Virus record (IMG/VR): IMGVR_UViG_3300031963_000146
Coordinates: 1 to 62,533 of that record
Source: a virus
Lineage: Duplodnaviria; Caudoviricetes
Reading direction: 5' to 3' (one strand)
DNA: 62,533 bases
Positions 52,376 to 61,888 of this stretch are shown here, one piece after another. A program made the position numbers and the translations under genes. How positions within the stretch are numbered: position 1 is the first letter of the stretch; each line of letters begins with the position of its first letter. The notes beneath the pieces were generated by a model. That model was not told where the DNA came from, searched no databases, and saw nothing but the letters and a program-made list of their open reading frames with translations.

Positions 52376-52999
52376 ATGACAATTACATACGCAATTACAG
52401 TTTGTAATGAATTTGTAGAAATTCAACGTTTAGTGCATTTTTTGCTTCGGCATAAACGTATTCAAGATAACATCGTAGTTTTATACGATGAAGCAAATGG
52501 TGACCCGGAGATTGAAAATTTTCTCCGTTCCCACTCGGTGAACGGAGAGTTTTCATGGCACAAAGCAAAATTTGAAGGGCATTTTGCTGATTGGAAAAAC
52601 AAGTTAACTTCATTTTGTAATGGGGACTATATTTTCCAGATCGATGCAGATGAACTCCCAAATGAAAATCTAATAATGGTTTTACCTGAAGTACTAACTG
52701 AAAATGAAAACATAGATGTTTTTTTAGTACCAAGAGTAAACACAGTAGAAGGTTTAACCCCGGAACATATCCAAAAATGGGGGTGGGAATTAAATGATGC
52801 TGGGTGGGTTAATTGGCCTGATTATCAATGGCGAATTTGGAAAAATAAATCCGAAATTAAATGGGTAAATAAAGTACATGAGCGTTTAGATGGGTTTAAA
52901 ACCTATACCGCTATGCCTGATGTGGAGTATTTTGCTTTATATCATCCCAAAACAATAGAAAAACAAGAAAAACAAAACAATTTATACGATAATTTATGA
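52376..52999 (+). CDS. Glycosyltransferase family 2
   Basis: ITVCNE, YIFQIDADE, WPDYQ.R, VHE. Confidence 0.88.
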   Translation: MTITYAITVCNEFVEIQRLVHFLLRHKRIQDNIVVLYDEANGDPEIENFLRSHSVNGEFSWHKAKFEGHFADWKNKLTSFCNGDYIFQIDADELPNENLIMVLPEVLTENENIDVFLVPRVNTVEGLTPEHIQKWGWELNDAGWVNWPDYQWRIWKNKSEIKWVNKVHERLDGFKTYTAMPDVEYFALYHPKTIEKQEKQNNLYDNL

Positions 53000-53850
53000 A
53001 AAAGGACCTAGTAGTAACTACTATAAGTGAAAATTATAACTGGATAGATATAAAAAATTGGATTGTATCTTTGAAAAAAACTTCATATGAAGGTGATGTT
53101 CTTGTGTTAGCTTATAATTTCCCTGAGAATCACGAATATCTAGATAAATTAAAAGAATTAAATGTAATCCTTTTAACCCCAAAAAACACATATCGGGCAG
53201 AATTTGAAGAAAATTTTATCTGGCACTCAGGTCAAGTAAATCCTTCAAATGCTAGTAGATTGATTCATAATATTCGTTTATTTCACCTTTGGCAATATTT
53301 TACAGAAACCCAATCTGATCTAGACTATAATAGAGTAATCTTTACAGATGGAAGGGATGTAGTATTCCAAACAAATCCTTCAGAATGGTTAGATGAATTT
53401 ATGGTTAAAGATATATTAGTCCCTTCTGAAGGTGTATTATATAAAAACGAACCATGGAATTCTAGCAATGCTTTACTTAATTATGGGCCTTATGTTTATG
53501 AATATGTCCTTAAAGACTCAGAAACATGTAATGTAGGAACATTTGCTTGTTCTGCTTCTATCTGTAAAGATTTATGTTTAACATTGTATTTGATGTCAAA
53601 TAATATTGGCCATGCTGATCAACCTTCATTTAACATTTTAACTAAAACTTTGCTTAAAGATAGATGTCAACAAGTAGATTATAATGATTTGTGGGCTCTT
53701 CAAATAGGTACTATAGTTAATAATCTAGATAAATATGTTGAATTTAAAAATGGAGTAGTATATTCTCTTAAACAAAATAAACCATATTGCCTAGTTCATC
53801 AATATGATAGAGTACCTGAATATAAAAATTATTTTGATACTAATATCTAA
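52996..53850 (+). CDS. GT-A fold glycosyltransferase-like protein
   Basis: VIFTDGRDVVFQ.NP, DQ..FN, VHQYDR. Confidence 0.75.
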   Translation: MKKDLVVTTISENYNWIDIKNWIVSLKKTSYEGDVLVLAYNFPENHEYLDKLKELNVILLTPKNTYRAEFEENFIWHSGQVNPSNASRLIHNIRLFHLWQYFTETQSDLDYNRVIFTDGRDVVFQTNPSEWLDEFMVKDILVPSEGVLYKNEPWNSSNALLNYGPYVYEYVLKDSETCNVGTFACSASICKDLCLTLYLMSNNIGHADQPSFNILTKTLLKDRCQQVDYNDLWALQIGTIVNNLDKYVEFKNGVVYSLKQNKPYCLVHQYDRVPEYKNYFDTNI

Positions 53851-53853
53851 ACC

Positions 53854-54564
53854 ATGAAGTCTATTATAATCCCTTACAGGAACCGAGAAGAACACCTCTT
53901 AATCCTCCTCCCAGCATTATTAGAAAAATTTCAGGGTGAAGATTATGAAATAATTATAGCTGAACAAAACGATGAAGAAAAATTTAGATTGTCTTCCCTT
54001 TATAACATTGCATTTAAATACACTTCAGGAGATTTAATAATATTTCATGATGTTGACTATATCCCAACTTCAAATGTTTCCTATCAATTAAAAAATAATA
54101 ATCCTACTTACCCAGTAAGGCAAGTAGTATTTCTTAATGATGATCTTACTCTAAAAAATTACAATGATATACCTGCTGGATATCGTCATTTTAAAGATGA
54201 TGTTGGAAATCATTGGGGGGGTGTTTTTATAATGAGTAGAGAACATTTTGAATTAATTAATGGTTTTAACCCTTTATATATTGGGTGGGGTAAAGAAGAA
54301 GAGGAAACTCATTTACGACTTTTAGAAAAAAATCTAATTTGTGAAAGGAATGATAAAGGATTATTTTATGCTTTAGACCATATAGATAATTGTCCTCCAA
54401 TCACCGATTCTAATTTTATAGAAAACCATCACTTATTAAACAATTACAAAAATAATCTCCATATAGGATACCAAAACCTTTCAGCAGATATAGAAGAATT
54501 TACTACTGGAAATGATATTAAATGGTTAAAAATAAAAAATTTTAAATATGAAAATATTAATTAA
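53854..54564 (+). CDS. Glycosyltransferase family 7 (beta-1,4-galactosyltransferase-like)
   Basis: IIIPYRNR..HL, FHDVD, WGGV, INGF...GWG.EE. Confidence 0.85.
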   Translation: MKSIIIPYRNREEHLLILLPALLEKFQGEDYEIIIAEQNDEEKFRLSSLYNIAFKYTSGDLIIFHDVDYIPTSNVSYQLKNNNPTYPVRQVVFLNDDLTLKNYNDIPAGYRHFKDDVGNHWGGVFIMSREHFELINGFNPLYIGWGKEEEETHLRLLEKNLICERNDKGLFYALDHIDNCPPITDSNFIENHHLLNNYKNNLHIGYQNLSADIEEFTTGNDIKWLKIKNFKYENIN

Positions 54565-55396
54565 ATCTGTAGGATTTATAGGAGATAACTTATTCGGAAG
54601 TTCGGTTGCTAAAAAACTTAAAGAAAAATATTCTGATTGTAGTGTAGATTATTTGTTAACTGTAGCTCAACCGTATGAGTTATTATTAAATAATCCATAT
54701 ATTAACAATGTTTATTTAACATTACCTGATAAATCATATGATGTAGTTTATCAATTATGTCCTATTCATAGGGAACTCACCCCATGTGAACAATTCCAAC
54801 TCCAATGTGATATACCAAATTCTTCCCCAGAATTCAAAGTATATACTAACCCTTCATTAGATCAATATATTAAACACTTATTTGAACCTATAAAAGATAA
54901 AAAAATAGTAGCTTGGCTTTCTAATTGGGAAGAACGAACTTTTGGATTCACCCCAGAAGAATATACTTTAGGAATTAATACACCTAATTTAGGGTATGGT
55001 GGTAGAAGAAGAAATATATCATATATTGTAGAACAATTAGAAAAAGATTCCAATGTATATTTGATTGAAGTTGGAAAACCTAATGGAACTAATCAATTAG
55101 AATTTGACCTATCTACAGTATCAGAATATAGTTTAACTGCCTCTATTATAAAAAATTGTCATTATTTTATTGGCGCTGAAGGAGGATTAGCTAATTTAGC
55201 ATCTGGAATAGGAACCAAAACAATACTTACAGGGGATTTTATTCACCAATTATATGGATGGAACGGAGTTATTGAAAAATGTGAAGAACCTAAATTAGGA
55301 CCTAAATATTATTTTGGAGAAGAAAACCATAAAGTTTTAGATCCTTATTTAACTGATAAACAAGTAGTACAATCCATATTAAATATTATATCATGA
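54548..55396 (+). CDS. Glycosyltransferase family 9 (heptosyltransferase-like)
   Basis: IGD N-terminal motif, LL.NPYI, FIGAEGGLANLA. Confidence 0.75.
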   Translation: MKILIKSVGFIGDNLFGSSVAKKLKEKYSDCSVDYLLTVAQPYELLLNNPYINNVYLTLPDKSYDVVYQLCPIHRELTPCEQFQLQCDIPNSSPEFKVYTNPSLDQYIKHLFEPIKDKKIVAWLSNWEERTFGFTPEEYTLGINTPNLGYGGRRRNISYIVEQLEKDSNVYLIEVGKPNGTNQLEFDLSTVSEYSLTASIIKNCHYFIGAEGGLANLASGIGTKTILTGDFIHQLYGWNGVIEKCEEPKLGPKYYFGEENHKVLDPYLTDKQVVQSILNIIS

Positions 55397-56127
55397 TTCA
55401 TGTTTTCATTTTAGGGTATAATGGAGCCCAATATCTTTCAAATTGGCATTCCCAAGTTAAGTTTGAGAAAGACATTAAATTTTATTATATAGATAATGGA
55501 AATCAGTCTTTAACTCCTTATCTCCATCAATTATTCCATTACAAATCTAGTAAAAATTTATTCTGCTCAGGAGGATGGAATTTAATATGTGATATAGCAT
55601 TTAAAAGTCTTGAATTAGATAAAATAATTATAGGACAAGAAGATGCTATATTTACTGATGAAATTTTAAGAGAAATTTCTAACCAAACATCTCCTTCTAG
55701 AATATGTGGAACTTATGACCGTTCATTTGAATTTTCGTTATTTGGAATTCATAGTAAAACTTTTAAAGATGTAGGAAGATTTGATGAAAATTTTATTTTA
55801 GGTGGAAATGAAGATAATGATTACAAACAAAGGTGTAAGTTAAAAAATATTAATATAATATCCCTTAATATTTCTGCTGATTATAATATATCTATCACTG
55901 GGGGTCTTAGAGCTCATTATAATAATATTAACTCAAATTATTTACATAAAAAATGGGGTAATTATATTAATGCTGAGAATAGAATATATGAATATGAAGT
56001 TCCTTTTAATGGAAAAAAACATGATAAATTAGATTTTGAATACAAAAAATATTTTGATCTTACAAAAAAGGATACTAAATTTATGAGTGAATTAGAATAC
56101 AAATTATATAAAACCCAAAACATATGA
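55393..56127 (+). CDS. Glycosyltransferase family 2-like
   Basis: IDNG, GWN, VGRFDENF...EDNDY, YLHKKWG. Confidence 0.8.
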   Translation: MIHVFILGYNGAQYLSNWHSQVKFEKDIKFYYIDNGNQSLTPYLHQLFHYKSSKNLFCSGGWNLICDIAFKSLELDKIIIGQEDAIFTDEILREISNQTSPSRICGTYDRSFEFSLFGIHSKTFKDVGRFDENFILGGNEDNDYKQRCKLKNINIISLNISADYNISITGGLRAHYNNINSNYLHKKWGNYINAENRIYEYEVPFNGKKHDKLDFEYKKYFDLTKKDTKFMSELEYKLYKTQNI

Positions 56128-56666
56128 CTTTACAAGAAATTTATGAAACCAAATTCACTACCCCAAGTGATATTAATGAACACCTCCCAATACTAAAAGA
56201 ATATGCTGAAAAATGCGCTCATGTAACTGAGTTTGGGGTAAGAGATGTAGTATCTACTTATGCTTTAATGAATGGAAAGCCAAAAACCATGAGATCATAT
56301 GACATAAGTCCAGTAGAAAATCACGGAACTTCTAGAGAATTTTTAACCCAATTAGCTTTAGATAACGGAGTGGATTTCAAATTTGAAGTAGGAGATACCC
56401 GTGAGATTGAAATTGAAGAAACTGAATTATTATTTATAGATACTTGGCACATTTATGAACAAGTAAAAAAAGAATTAGAAATTCATTCTTCTAAAGTATC
56501 TAAATATTTGATATTTCATGATACTACTACTTTTGGAGTTAATGGTGAAGATGGCTCTGCAGGTCTTTGGCCTGCTATAGAAGAATTTCTTGCTAGTAAT
56601 TCAAATTGGATTATAGAAAAAAAACTAGAAAATAATAACGGATTAACTATTTTAACTAAAAAATGA
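56124..56666 (+). CDS. Class I SAM-dependent methyltransferase
   Basis: TEFGVR...ST, LLFIDTWH.YEQ, IFHDT, NNNGLT. Confidence 0.85.
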   Translation: MTLQEIYETKFTTPSDINEHLPILKEYAEKCAHVTEFGVRDVVSTYALMNGKPKTMRSYDISPVENHGTSREFLTQLALDNGVDFKFEVGDTREIEIEETELLFIDTWHIYEQVKKELEIHSSKVSKYLIFHDTTTFGVNGEDGSAGLWPAIEEFLASNSNWIIEKKLENNNGLTILTKK

Positions 56667-57325
56667 TGGAAGAACTAATTAACAATTTAATCTCTAACCA
56701 AATTAGTATGGTAGATGCTGGGAGGTTTCATACTGTATTGAGAAATTTTGATAAAATAAATTCTGTAAAAGGAGATATTGTAGAATGTGGTGTTTGGAGA
56801 GGTGGAATGAGTATTTTTTTAAGTACTTTATTTAAAGATAAAAACATTTGGGTTTGTGACTCATTTGATGGATTTCAACCTCTAGACATAGCAACTTATT
56901 CTTATTCAGATGAACCTCATACTCCAAATTATAATGACATGATTCGTGTTAGTTATGAAGAAGTAGTAAATAATTTTGAAAAATATGGTTTTGAAGAAAA
57001 CGATCCAAGAATCAAATTTCTTAAAGGATGGGTAAAAGATACTTTAAATCCAAAAACATGCTCCATTAAAAATATTTCCCTTCTTAGAATAGATGTAGAT
57101 GCCTACTCAGCAACTAGAGAAGTTTTAGAATATCTTTATCCAAAAGTAACTTCTGGAGGATATATTATTTTTGATGATTCATGCTTAATCCAAACGGTAG
57201 ATGCTTTTTGTGATTATTTTGAAGAAAATAAAATTCTATTTGAGTTAAGACACCCTGAAACAGATGAAATAATTTCTGATTTAAGATCAAACCATCCTTG
57301 TGGATGTTATGTTATTAAATCATGA
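56663..57325 (+). CDS. TylF/MycF-family sugar O-methyltransferase
   Basis: GDIVECGVWRGG, CDSFDG, KGW..DTL, LRIDVD.Y, GGYIIFDD. Confidence 0.9.
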   Translation: MMEELINNLISNQISMVDAGRFHTVLRNFDKINSVKGDIVECGVWRGGMSIFLSTLFKDKNIWVCDSFDGFQPLDIATYSYSDEPHTPNYNDMIRVSYEEVVNNFEKYGFEENDPRIKFLKGWVKDTLNPKTCSIKNISLLRIDVDAYSATREVLEYLYPKVTSGGYIIFDDSCLIQTVDAFCDYFEENKILFELRHPETDEIISDLRSNHPCGCYVIKS

Positions 57326-58056
57326 AAATAATATATCGCATATCAAATGCAGGTTACAATAAAATAAAACCTGATTATATAGACAATGAAAAATGTTTAA
57401 AAAACTTTTGTAATGTATTTTATGATTATATCTATGATATTCATATTATAGCAGACAATTGTAGTGAACCTACAATGGAAATGATTAAAAAATATATTGA
57501 TCCAATTAATATTGAAAAAGTATCTGTAGGTCATGGTGCAGGAACATTTAATTTAGCGTTAGATAAAGCGCTAAAATGGGGAGATGATGAAATTGTTTAC
57601 TTTGTAGAAAATGATTATATTCACTTGCCTGGTTCACCTGAAATACTTAAAGAAGGATTTAATTTAGGTGCTCCGTATATGACTCTTTATTTACACCCAG
57701 ATAAATTTATTCCCCCATTCAATGGTGGGAACCCAGAAGTAGATTCAGATGGAGGTTACCCAACGAAAATTTATAGGGGAGAAACACAGTTGTTTGGAAT
57801 GTTCAATAGTACAACTATGACTTTTGCCTCTACAGTTAAAACTTTAAGAGAAGATGAAGCTATTTTAAGAAAATGGACCTCAGAAACCCACCCAAATGAC
57901 TTTCAAATGTTCTTGGAGTTGAGAGAAAAAGGTAGTATATTACTTTGTCCTTTAAATACATTTAGCACACATGGAGAGACAGCTTGGCTTGCCCCACTTT
58001 ACAAAATTAAACCAGAAAATCTAATAGAAGAATGGAAGAAGCATTTATCTCAGTAA
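57322..58056 (+). CDS. GT-A fold glycosyltransferase-like protein
   Basis: IADN, VYFVENDYIH, LY.HPDK, STTMTF, STHGE. Confidence 0.7.
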   Translation: MKIIYRISNAGYNKIKPDYIDNEKCLKNFCNVFYDYIYDIHIIADNCSEPTMEMIKKYIDPINIEKVSVGHGAGTFNLALDKALKWGDDEIVYFVENDYIHLPGSPEILKEGFNLGAPYMTLYLHPDKFIPPFNGGNPEVDSDGGYPTKIYRGETQLFGMFNSTTMTFASTVKTLREDEAILRKWTSETHPNDFQMFLELREKGSILLCPLNTFSTHGETAWLAPLYKIKPENLIEEWKKHLSQ

Positions 58057-58802
58057 TTATCCCAACATATAAAAGCCCAGATGCTTTAGATTTATGTTTG
58101 TATTCTGCAATTGAAGGACAACAAAATAAAAACCAAATTATAGTTGTGGTTGATGGATTTTACGAGGTAAACAAAGAAGTACTTGAAAAATGGTCTGAAC
58201 ATATAGATATTTTAAATTTAGAAGAAAACGTTGGTTTGTGTAGAGGAACAAATTTAGGTGTTTATAATGCAAAATATAATAAAATACTAATTGTAAACGA
58301 TGATAATGTATTTCCTAGATTTTGGGATACAACATTACTTGATGATTGGGAAGATGGAGCTGTTATTTCACCAAACCAAATTGAACCGTACCCTTCAATG
58401 TTTAAACAGTTTCATATTGAAGATTTAGGGACAGATCCAAGTACATTTGACCTAGAAGCATTTTGGTTGTTTGATTACCATTATGCTTCGGGAGATAAAA
58501 AAGAAGAATCTGGTTCAACTTTACCTATATTCATGAACAAATATGATTATATTCGTTTAGGTGGATGGGATGAAAATTATGAATTAGGGATGGTAGCAGA
58601 TTGGGATTTCTTCTTAAAATGTTCAATGTCAAATTTGAAAATGATTCGAACATGGAATTGCCATTTCTACCATTTTGCTTCTGTTTCCACAAATGGAGAA
58701 AAAAGACAACAAGCAGAACAAGCAGGTCATGAATATGCAAAATATAAATGGGGAAGTTATATCCACCACCACCCAGAAACAAACCAAAAATTTATTTTAT
58801 GA
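58032..58802 (+). CDS. Glycosyltransferase family 2
   Basis: ISVIIPTY, VVVDG, VNDDN, GGWDE...DWDF. Confidence 0.9.
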   Translation: MEEAFISVIIPTYKSPDALDLCLYSAIEGQQNKNQIIVVVDGFYEVNKEVLEKWSEHIDILNLEENVGLCRGTNLGVYNAKYNKILIVNDDNVFPRFWDTTLLDDWEDGAVISPNQIEPYPSMFKQFHIEDLGTDPSTFDLEAFWLFDYHYASGDKKEESGSTLPIFMNKYDYIRLGGWDENYELGMVADWDFFLKCSMSNLKMIRTWNCHFYHFASVSTNGEKRQQAEQAGHEYAKYKWGSYIHHHPETNQKFIL

Positions 58803-58978
58803 GAACATATATTTATTACAACAAACGAGATTCCTCACAAGAACCACAAGGTAAAATAGAGGCGGAAAACATTACAGAGGCAATTGAAAAAGCAGCCGTA
58901 GTAAAACAAATGGATTTAGATACTTTTTTAAAAGTATTTGGCATGAAAACAAAAACCCATGGAAAAATCAAAGTTTAA
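58799..58978 (+). CDS. Small hypothetical protein
   Basis: ATGA overlap at 58799. Confidence 0.6.
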   Translation: MRTYIYYNKRDSSQEPQGKIEAENITEAIEKAAVVKQMDLDTFLKVFGMKTKTHGKIKV

Positions 58979-59345
58979 AAATATTAATGAACTTCTTGGA
59001 AAAGGAATTGAGGTAAAAGAAAGTTCAAAATCAATTAAAAAAAATGAAGAGAAATGCTTTCTTGATTTAATTGAAATTCTATGCCAAATAGAAATGTCCT
59101 CTAAAGTAGCCGAATCCATTGGTATAAACTTAACAGAATATGAAGACCTACATTTAAAAGCAATAGATATATTACTTGAAAAATATTATGGGTATGAAAA
59201 ATCAGCTATTATAATGTGGTGGGTATTTGAAAGCATATCACCAGATGGAGAAGTATACCCCATAACGGATGAAAATGGAATCAAACACATAATCAAAACA
59301 CCTTTACAACTTTATAAATTTTTAAAAAAACGATATGGAAACTAA
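58959..59345 (+). CDS. Hypothetical protein
   Basis: 128 aa ORF coupled to neighbours. Confidence 0.7.
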   Translation: MEKSKFKNINELLGKGIEVKESSKSIKKNEEKCFLDLIEILCQIEMSSKVAESIGINLTEYEDLHLKAIDILLEKYYGYEKSAIIMWWVFESISPDGEVYPITDENGIKHIIKTPLQLYKFLKKRYGN

Positions 59346-59649
59346 AATATGTGTTAAATGTAGAGAGGAAATTAACCCATTGCGTTTAAAGGCTTTACCA
59401 ACAGCAAAAACTTGTGTTGATTGCTCAACAACTGGAGCAAAACGTGGTATGCCTGTAATGTTTGGAGAAAAAGACCACACTTGGACTGATATGGTAATCA
59501 TGGAACCAGAAGAATATGATCGATTTGAAAGGCAAAACAAACAAACAGTCTCATTTGATAAACTAGATAAAACAGAAATGAATGATGATGGAGATGATGA
59601 TATGAAACTTTGGGATAATACATTACTTGATGGATTAGAGGATTTATAG
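59335..59649 (+). CDS. DksA/TraR-type C4 zinc-finger protein
   Basis: CVKCREEINPLRLKALP.AKTCVDC. Confidence 0.85.
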   Translation: METKICVKCREEINPLRLKALPTAKTCVDCSTTGAKRGMPVMFGEKDHTWTDMVIMEPEEYDRFERQNKQTVSFDKLDKTEMNDDGDDDMKLWDNTLLDGLEDL

Positions 59650-59650
59650 T

Positions 59651-60307
59651 ATGGCTCACCCAAAACCTATATCAAAAGAGGATTGTATTAGAGCAATGAA
59701 ATATACCCGCTCAGTTAGAGCAGCGGCTAGGTATTTAAATTGTTCCTACCAGCATTTAAAGCCATTTATGAAGGCCTATAAGGATGATGAAACAGGCTTG
59801 TCTTTATTTGAAATGCACAAAAACCAAAGTGGAAAGGGTATTCCAAAATTCCTAATGACAAATCACGCTCATTTTGCAACAAAGTTTCCAGCAATGGAGG
59901 ATATAGTGAATGGTAAGGTAGATGCTTCTTCATTTAATGCCGATAAAATTAAATTCAAAATGATTGAAGCTGGCTATATGCTTGAGCAATGCTACTATTG
60001 TGGATATGATGAGAAAAGAGATATTGATGGTAAAACACCATTACTAATGGTATTTTTAAATGGTCACAAACACGATTTTACAAATGGTAATGCTCAATTA
60101 TGTTGCTACAACTGCTACTTTATGCAGATTGGGAATGTATTTACAGACAAAGATATTGAATCAATTGAGGGGCATTCTGTTTACAAAACAAGTGATATGG
60201 TTGATTTTCAAGTGGATGAATATACAAAAAAGAGACTAGAGGAGTTAGGGAATTTTGATACTAAAGTTACTGACAACCCGTACGACCTTGTTTCTAGAAA
60301 AAAGTAA
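59651..60307 (+). CDS. HTH plus degenerate HNH/Zn-finger protein
   Basis: SVRAAARYLNCSY HTH; CYYCG...NG..HD...N.QLCCYNC. Confidence 0.6.
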   Translation: MAHPKPISKEDCIRAMKYTRSVRAAARYLNCSYQHLKPFMKAYKDDETGLSLFEMHKNQSGKGIPKFLMTNHAHFATKFPAMEDIVNGKVDASSFNADKIKFKMIEAGYMLEQCYYCGYDEKRDIDGKTPLLMVFLNGHKHDFTNGNAQLCCYNCYFMQIGNVFTDKDIESIEGHSVYKTSDMVDFQVDEYTKKRLEELGNFDTKVTDNPYDLVSRKK

Positions 60308-60323
60308 AATATGTATATTTGAA

Positions 60324-60479
60324 ATGAAAAGTAAAAAACATAACAAGATAGTTAAAGACTACGACAAACAAAAACAAAAACATCTTGAAAAGCTTGCTTC
60401 AAAGATGCTTGAAAATGACGAGAAAATTAGCAAATTAAAGGGAAAAAATATTGATCCCGGATTTTTAAATTTATTTTAA
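60324..60479 (+). CDS. Small basic hypothetical protein
   Basis: ATG at 60324 after ATATGTATA at 60309. Confidence 0.55.
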   Translation: MKSKKHNKIVKDYDKQKQKHLEKLASKMLENDEKISKLKGKNIDPGFLNLF

Positions 60480-60480
60480 C

Positions 60481-60786
60481 ATGGCAATAGAAATTAGCGT
60501 ATTTGATAGTGAGGAGTTTGAAGAAATGATTGCTAAACGTGATTTGAGAATCTCAAAAGCATTGGTTGAAACCATTTTGAAAAACCTAAAAGGCAGAAAA
60601 AGACACCTCCATGCTCTTTCAGTAATTGTAGAGCAAGATCAAACAATATATGATATAACAGTAGATAGAAAAGACTTTGTAACCACTTTAGAAAACAATT
60701 TACCAATATATGAGGAACATGAATTGTTTGAGGGGTGTGCTGAAATAGTAAATGCAATCAAGTTTTTAAAAGAAAAAGAAAAATAA
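60481..60786 (+). CDS. Hypothetical protein (UVR-like C-terminal helix)
   Basis: YEEHELFEGCAEI. Confidence 0.65.
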   Translation: MAIEISVFDSEEFEEMIAKRDLRISKALVETILKNLKGRKRHLHALSVIVEQDQTIYDITVDRKDFVTTLENNLPIYEEHELFEGCAEIVNAIKFLKEKEK

Positions 60787-60838
60787 TTTGGCTTTCTAAC
60801 CTTTCTTTCGTATATTCAAAGTATCAAAGGAAAAGGTT

Positions 60839-61282
60839 ATGTTAAGTAAAATGTTTATAGAGTACGAGGACGGGTTGAAGGTAGAGAAAGTAGTTCATAA
60901 TAGCGAAACATCTTTCAAAACCAAAAGCATTAAACATGCCAGTTGCCAACCGTTCAAGTACGAAGTTGAAAAACATGCTTACTTATGCATAGCTATTGTT
61001 CAAATGGGTAACATTAAAAAAATTATGCCAGCTGGTATAGTTTGCCACCCAAAAACAACATTAGAGGATATTGTTGAAATAGACAATACCCCAATTGAAA
61101 AAGTAGAAAAACCAGTTGAGAAAAAGAAATGGATGTTTGAATCCTCCAGTTCAGATGGTTTCTACCAGGTAACTGAAAATATGGGAAAACTAAAATGCAA
61201 TTGCCCAGGAACATGGAGAGCAAAAGATAGAAGATGCAAGCATATCCAAGAAGTTGAAAAAGAACTTGGAATAGTAAAATAG
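60839..61282 (+). CDS. SWIM zinc-finger protein
   Basis: YQV......CNCPG.......CKH. Confidence 0.75.
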   Translation: MLSKMFIEYEDGLKVEKVVHNSETSFKTKSIKHASCQPFKYEVEKHAYLCIAIVQMGNIKKIMPAGIVCHPKTTLEDIVEIDNTPIEKVEKPVEKKKWMFESSSSDGFYQVTENMGKLKCNCPGTWRAKDRRCKHIQEVEKELGIVK

Positions 61283-61306
61283 AAATTGTATATTTAAAAT
61301 AAAAAA

Positions 61307-61402
61307 ATGAGCAAAGTAAGCACAAGACAAAGAGTAGAACAGTTACAAGGATGGTTGTTATTTATAAAAGCAGAGGCAATCAGAAAAGGTAGAAAAAAAT
61401 AA
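61307..61402 (+). CDS. Small basic peptide (31 aa) leading the tRNA operon
   Basis: MSKVSTRQRVEQLQGWLLFIKAEAIRKGRKK after the promoter at 61266-61296. Confidence 0.45.
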   Translation: MSKVSTRQRVEQLQGWLLFIKAEAIRKGRKK

Positions 61403-61405
61403 AAT

Positions 61406-61477
61406 GCTGCTATCGTCTATCGGTTAGGACCTATGGTTTTCATCCATAAAAGCGGGGTTCGATTCCCCGTAGCAGTA
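61406..61477 (+). tRNA. tRNA-Glu (TTC)
   Basis: GCTGCTA/TAGCAGT acceptor, TATGG-TTTTCAT-CCATA anticodon arm, GGTTCGATTCC T arm; no encoded CCA. Confidence 0.92.
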
Positions 61478-61482
61478 CATAT

Positions 61483-61554
61483 CGCGTGAAGGTGTAATTG
61501 GTTGCATGGGACGCTCATAACGTCTACGGGGTGGTTCGAATCCACGACACGCTA
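61483..61554 (+). tRNA. tRNA with CAT anticodon (Met/fMet or Ile2), atypical
   Basis: GGACG-CTCATAA-CGTCT anticodon arm, GGTTCGAATCC; mismatches at acceptor 1:72 and 7:66 and at the T-stem base. Confidence 0.78.
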
Positions 61555-61683
61555 CAACTGGCTCACGAAGTAGGAAAAATGTAGTGAGGGAGTGCAAGCT
61601 AGCCTAATAGCTGTGGCACCGGGTGTAAGCGTTAGTGCGCTGCTTACAATTGTAACGAATGGCAGGTGGGAACGTTACAACAT

Positions 61684-61755
61684 GCGTCTTTGATGTAATT
61701 GGTAGCATAATGGATTCCAAATCCATTCGTCAGAGTTCGAGTCTTTGAGGGCGTG
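61684..61755 (+). tRNA. tRNA-Trp (CCA)
   Basis: GCGTCTT/AGGGCGT acceptor, ATGGA-TTCCAAA-TCCAT, CAGAG-TTCGAGT-CTTTG. Confidence 0.9.
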
Positions 61756-61816
61756 CGCAAAAAACATGAGATGGAGTTTCCTTACCTCAACAGAGATGGG
61801 TTTTAGAAGTCCAAAT

Positions 61817-61888
61817 TGTCCCCTCGTCTAATCGGCAGGACACATGGTTTTGGTCCATGGAATCGAGGTTCGAACCCTTGGGGGACAA
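61817..61888 (+). tRNA. tRNA-Gln (TTG)
   Basis: TGTCCCC/GGGGACA acceptor, CATGG-TTTTGGT-CCATG, CGAGG-TTCGAAC-CCTTG. Confidence 0.93.
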
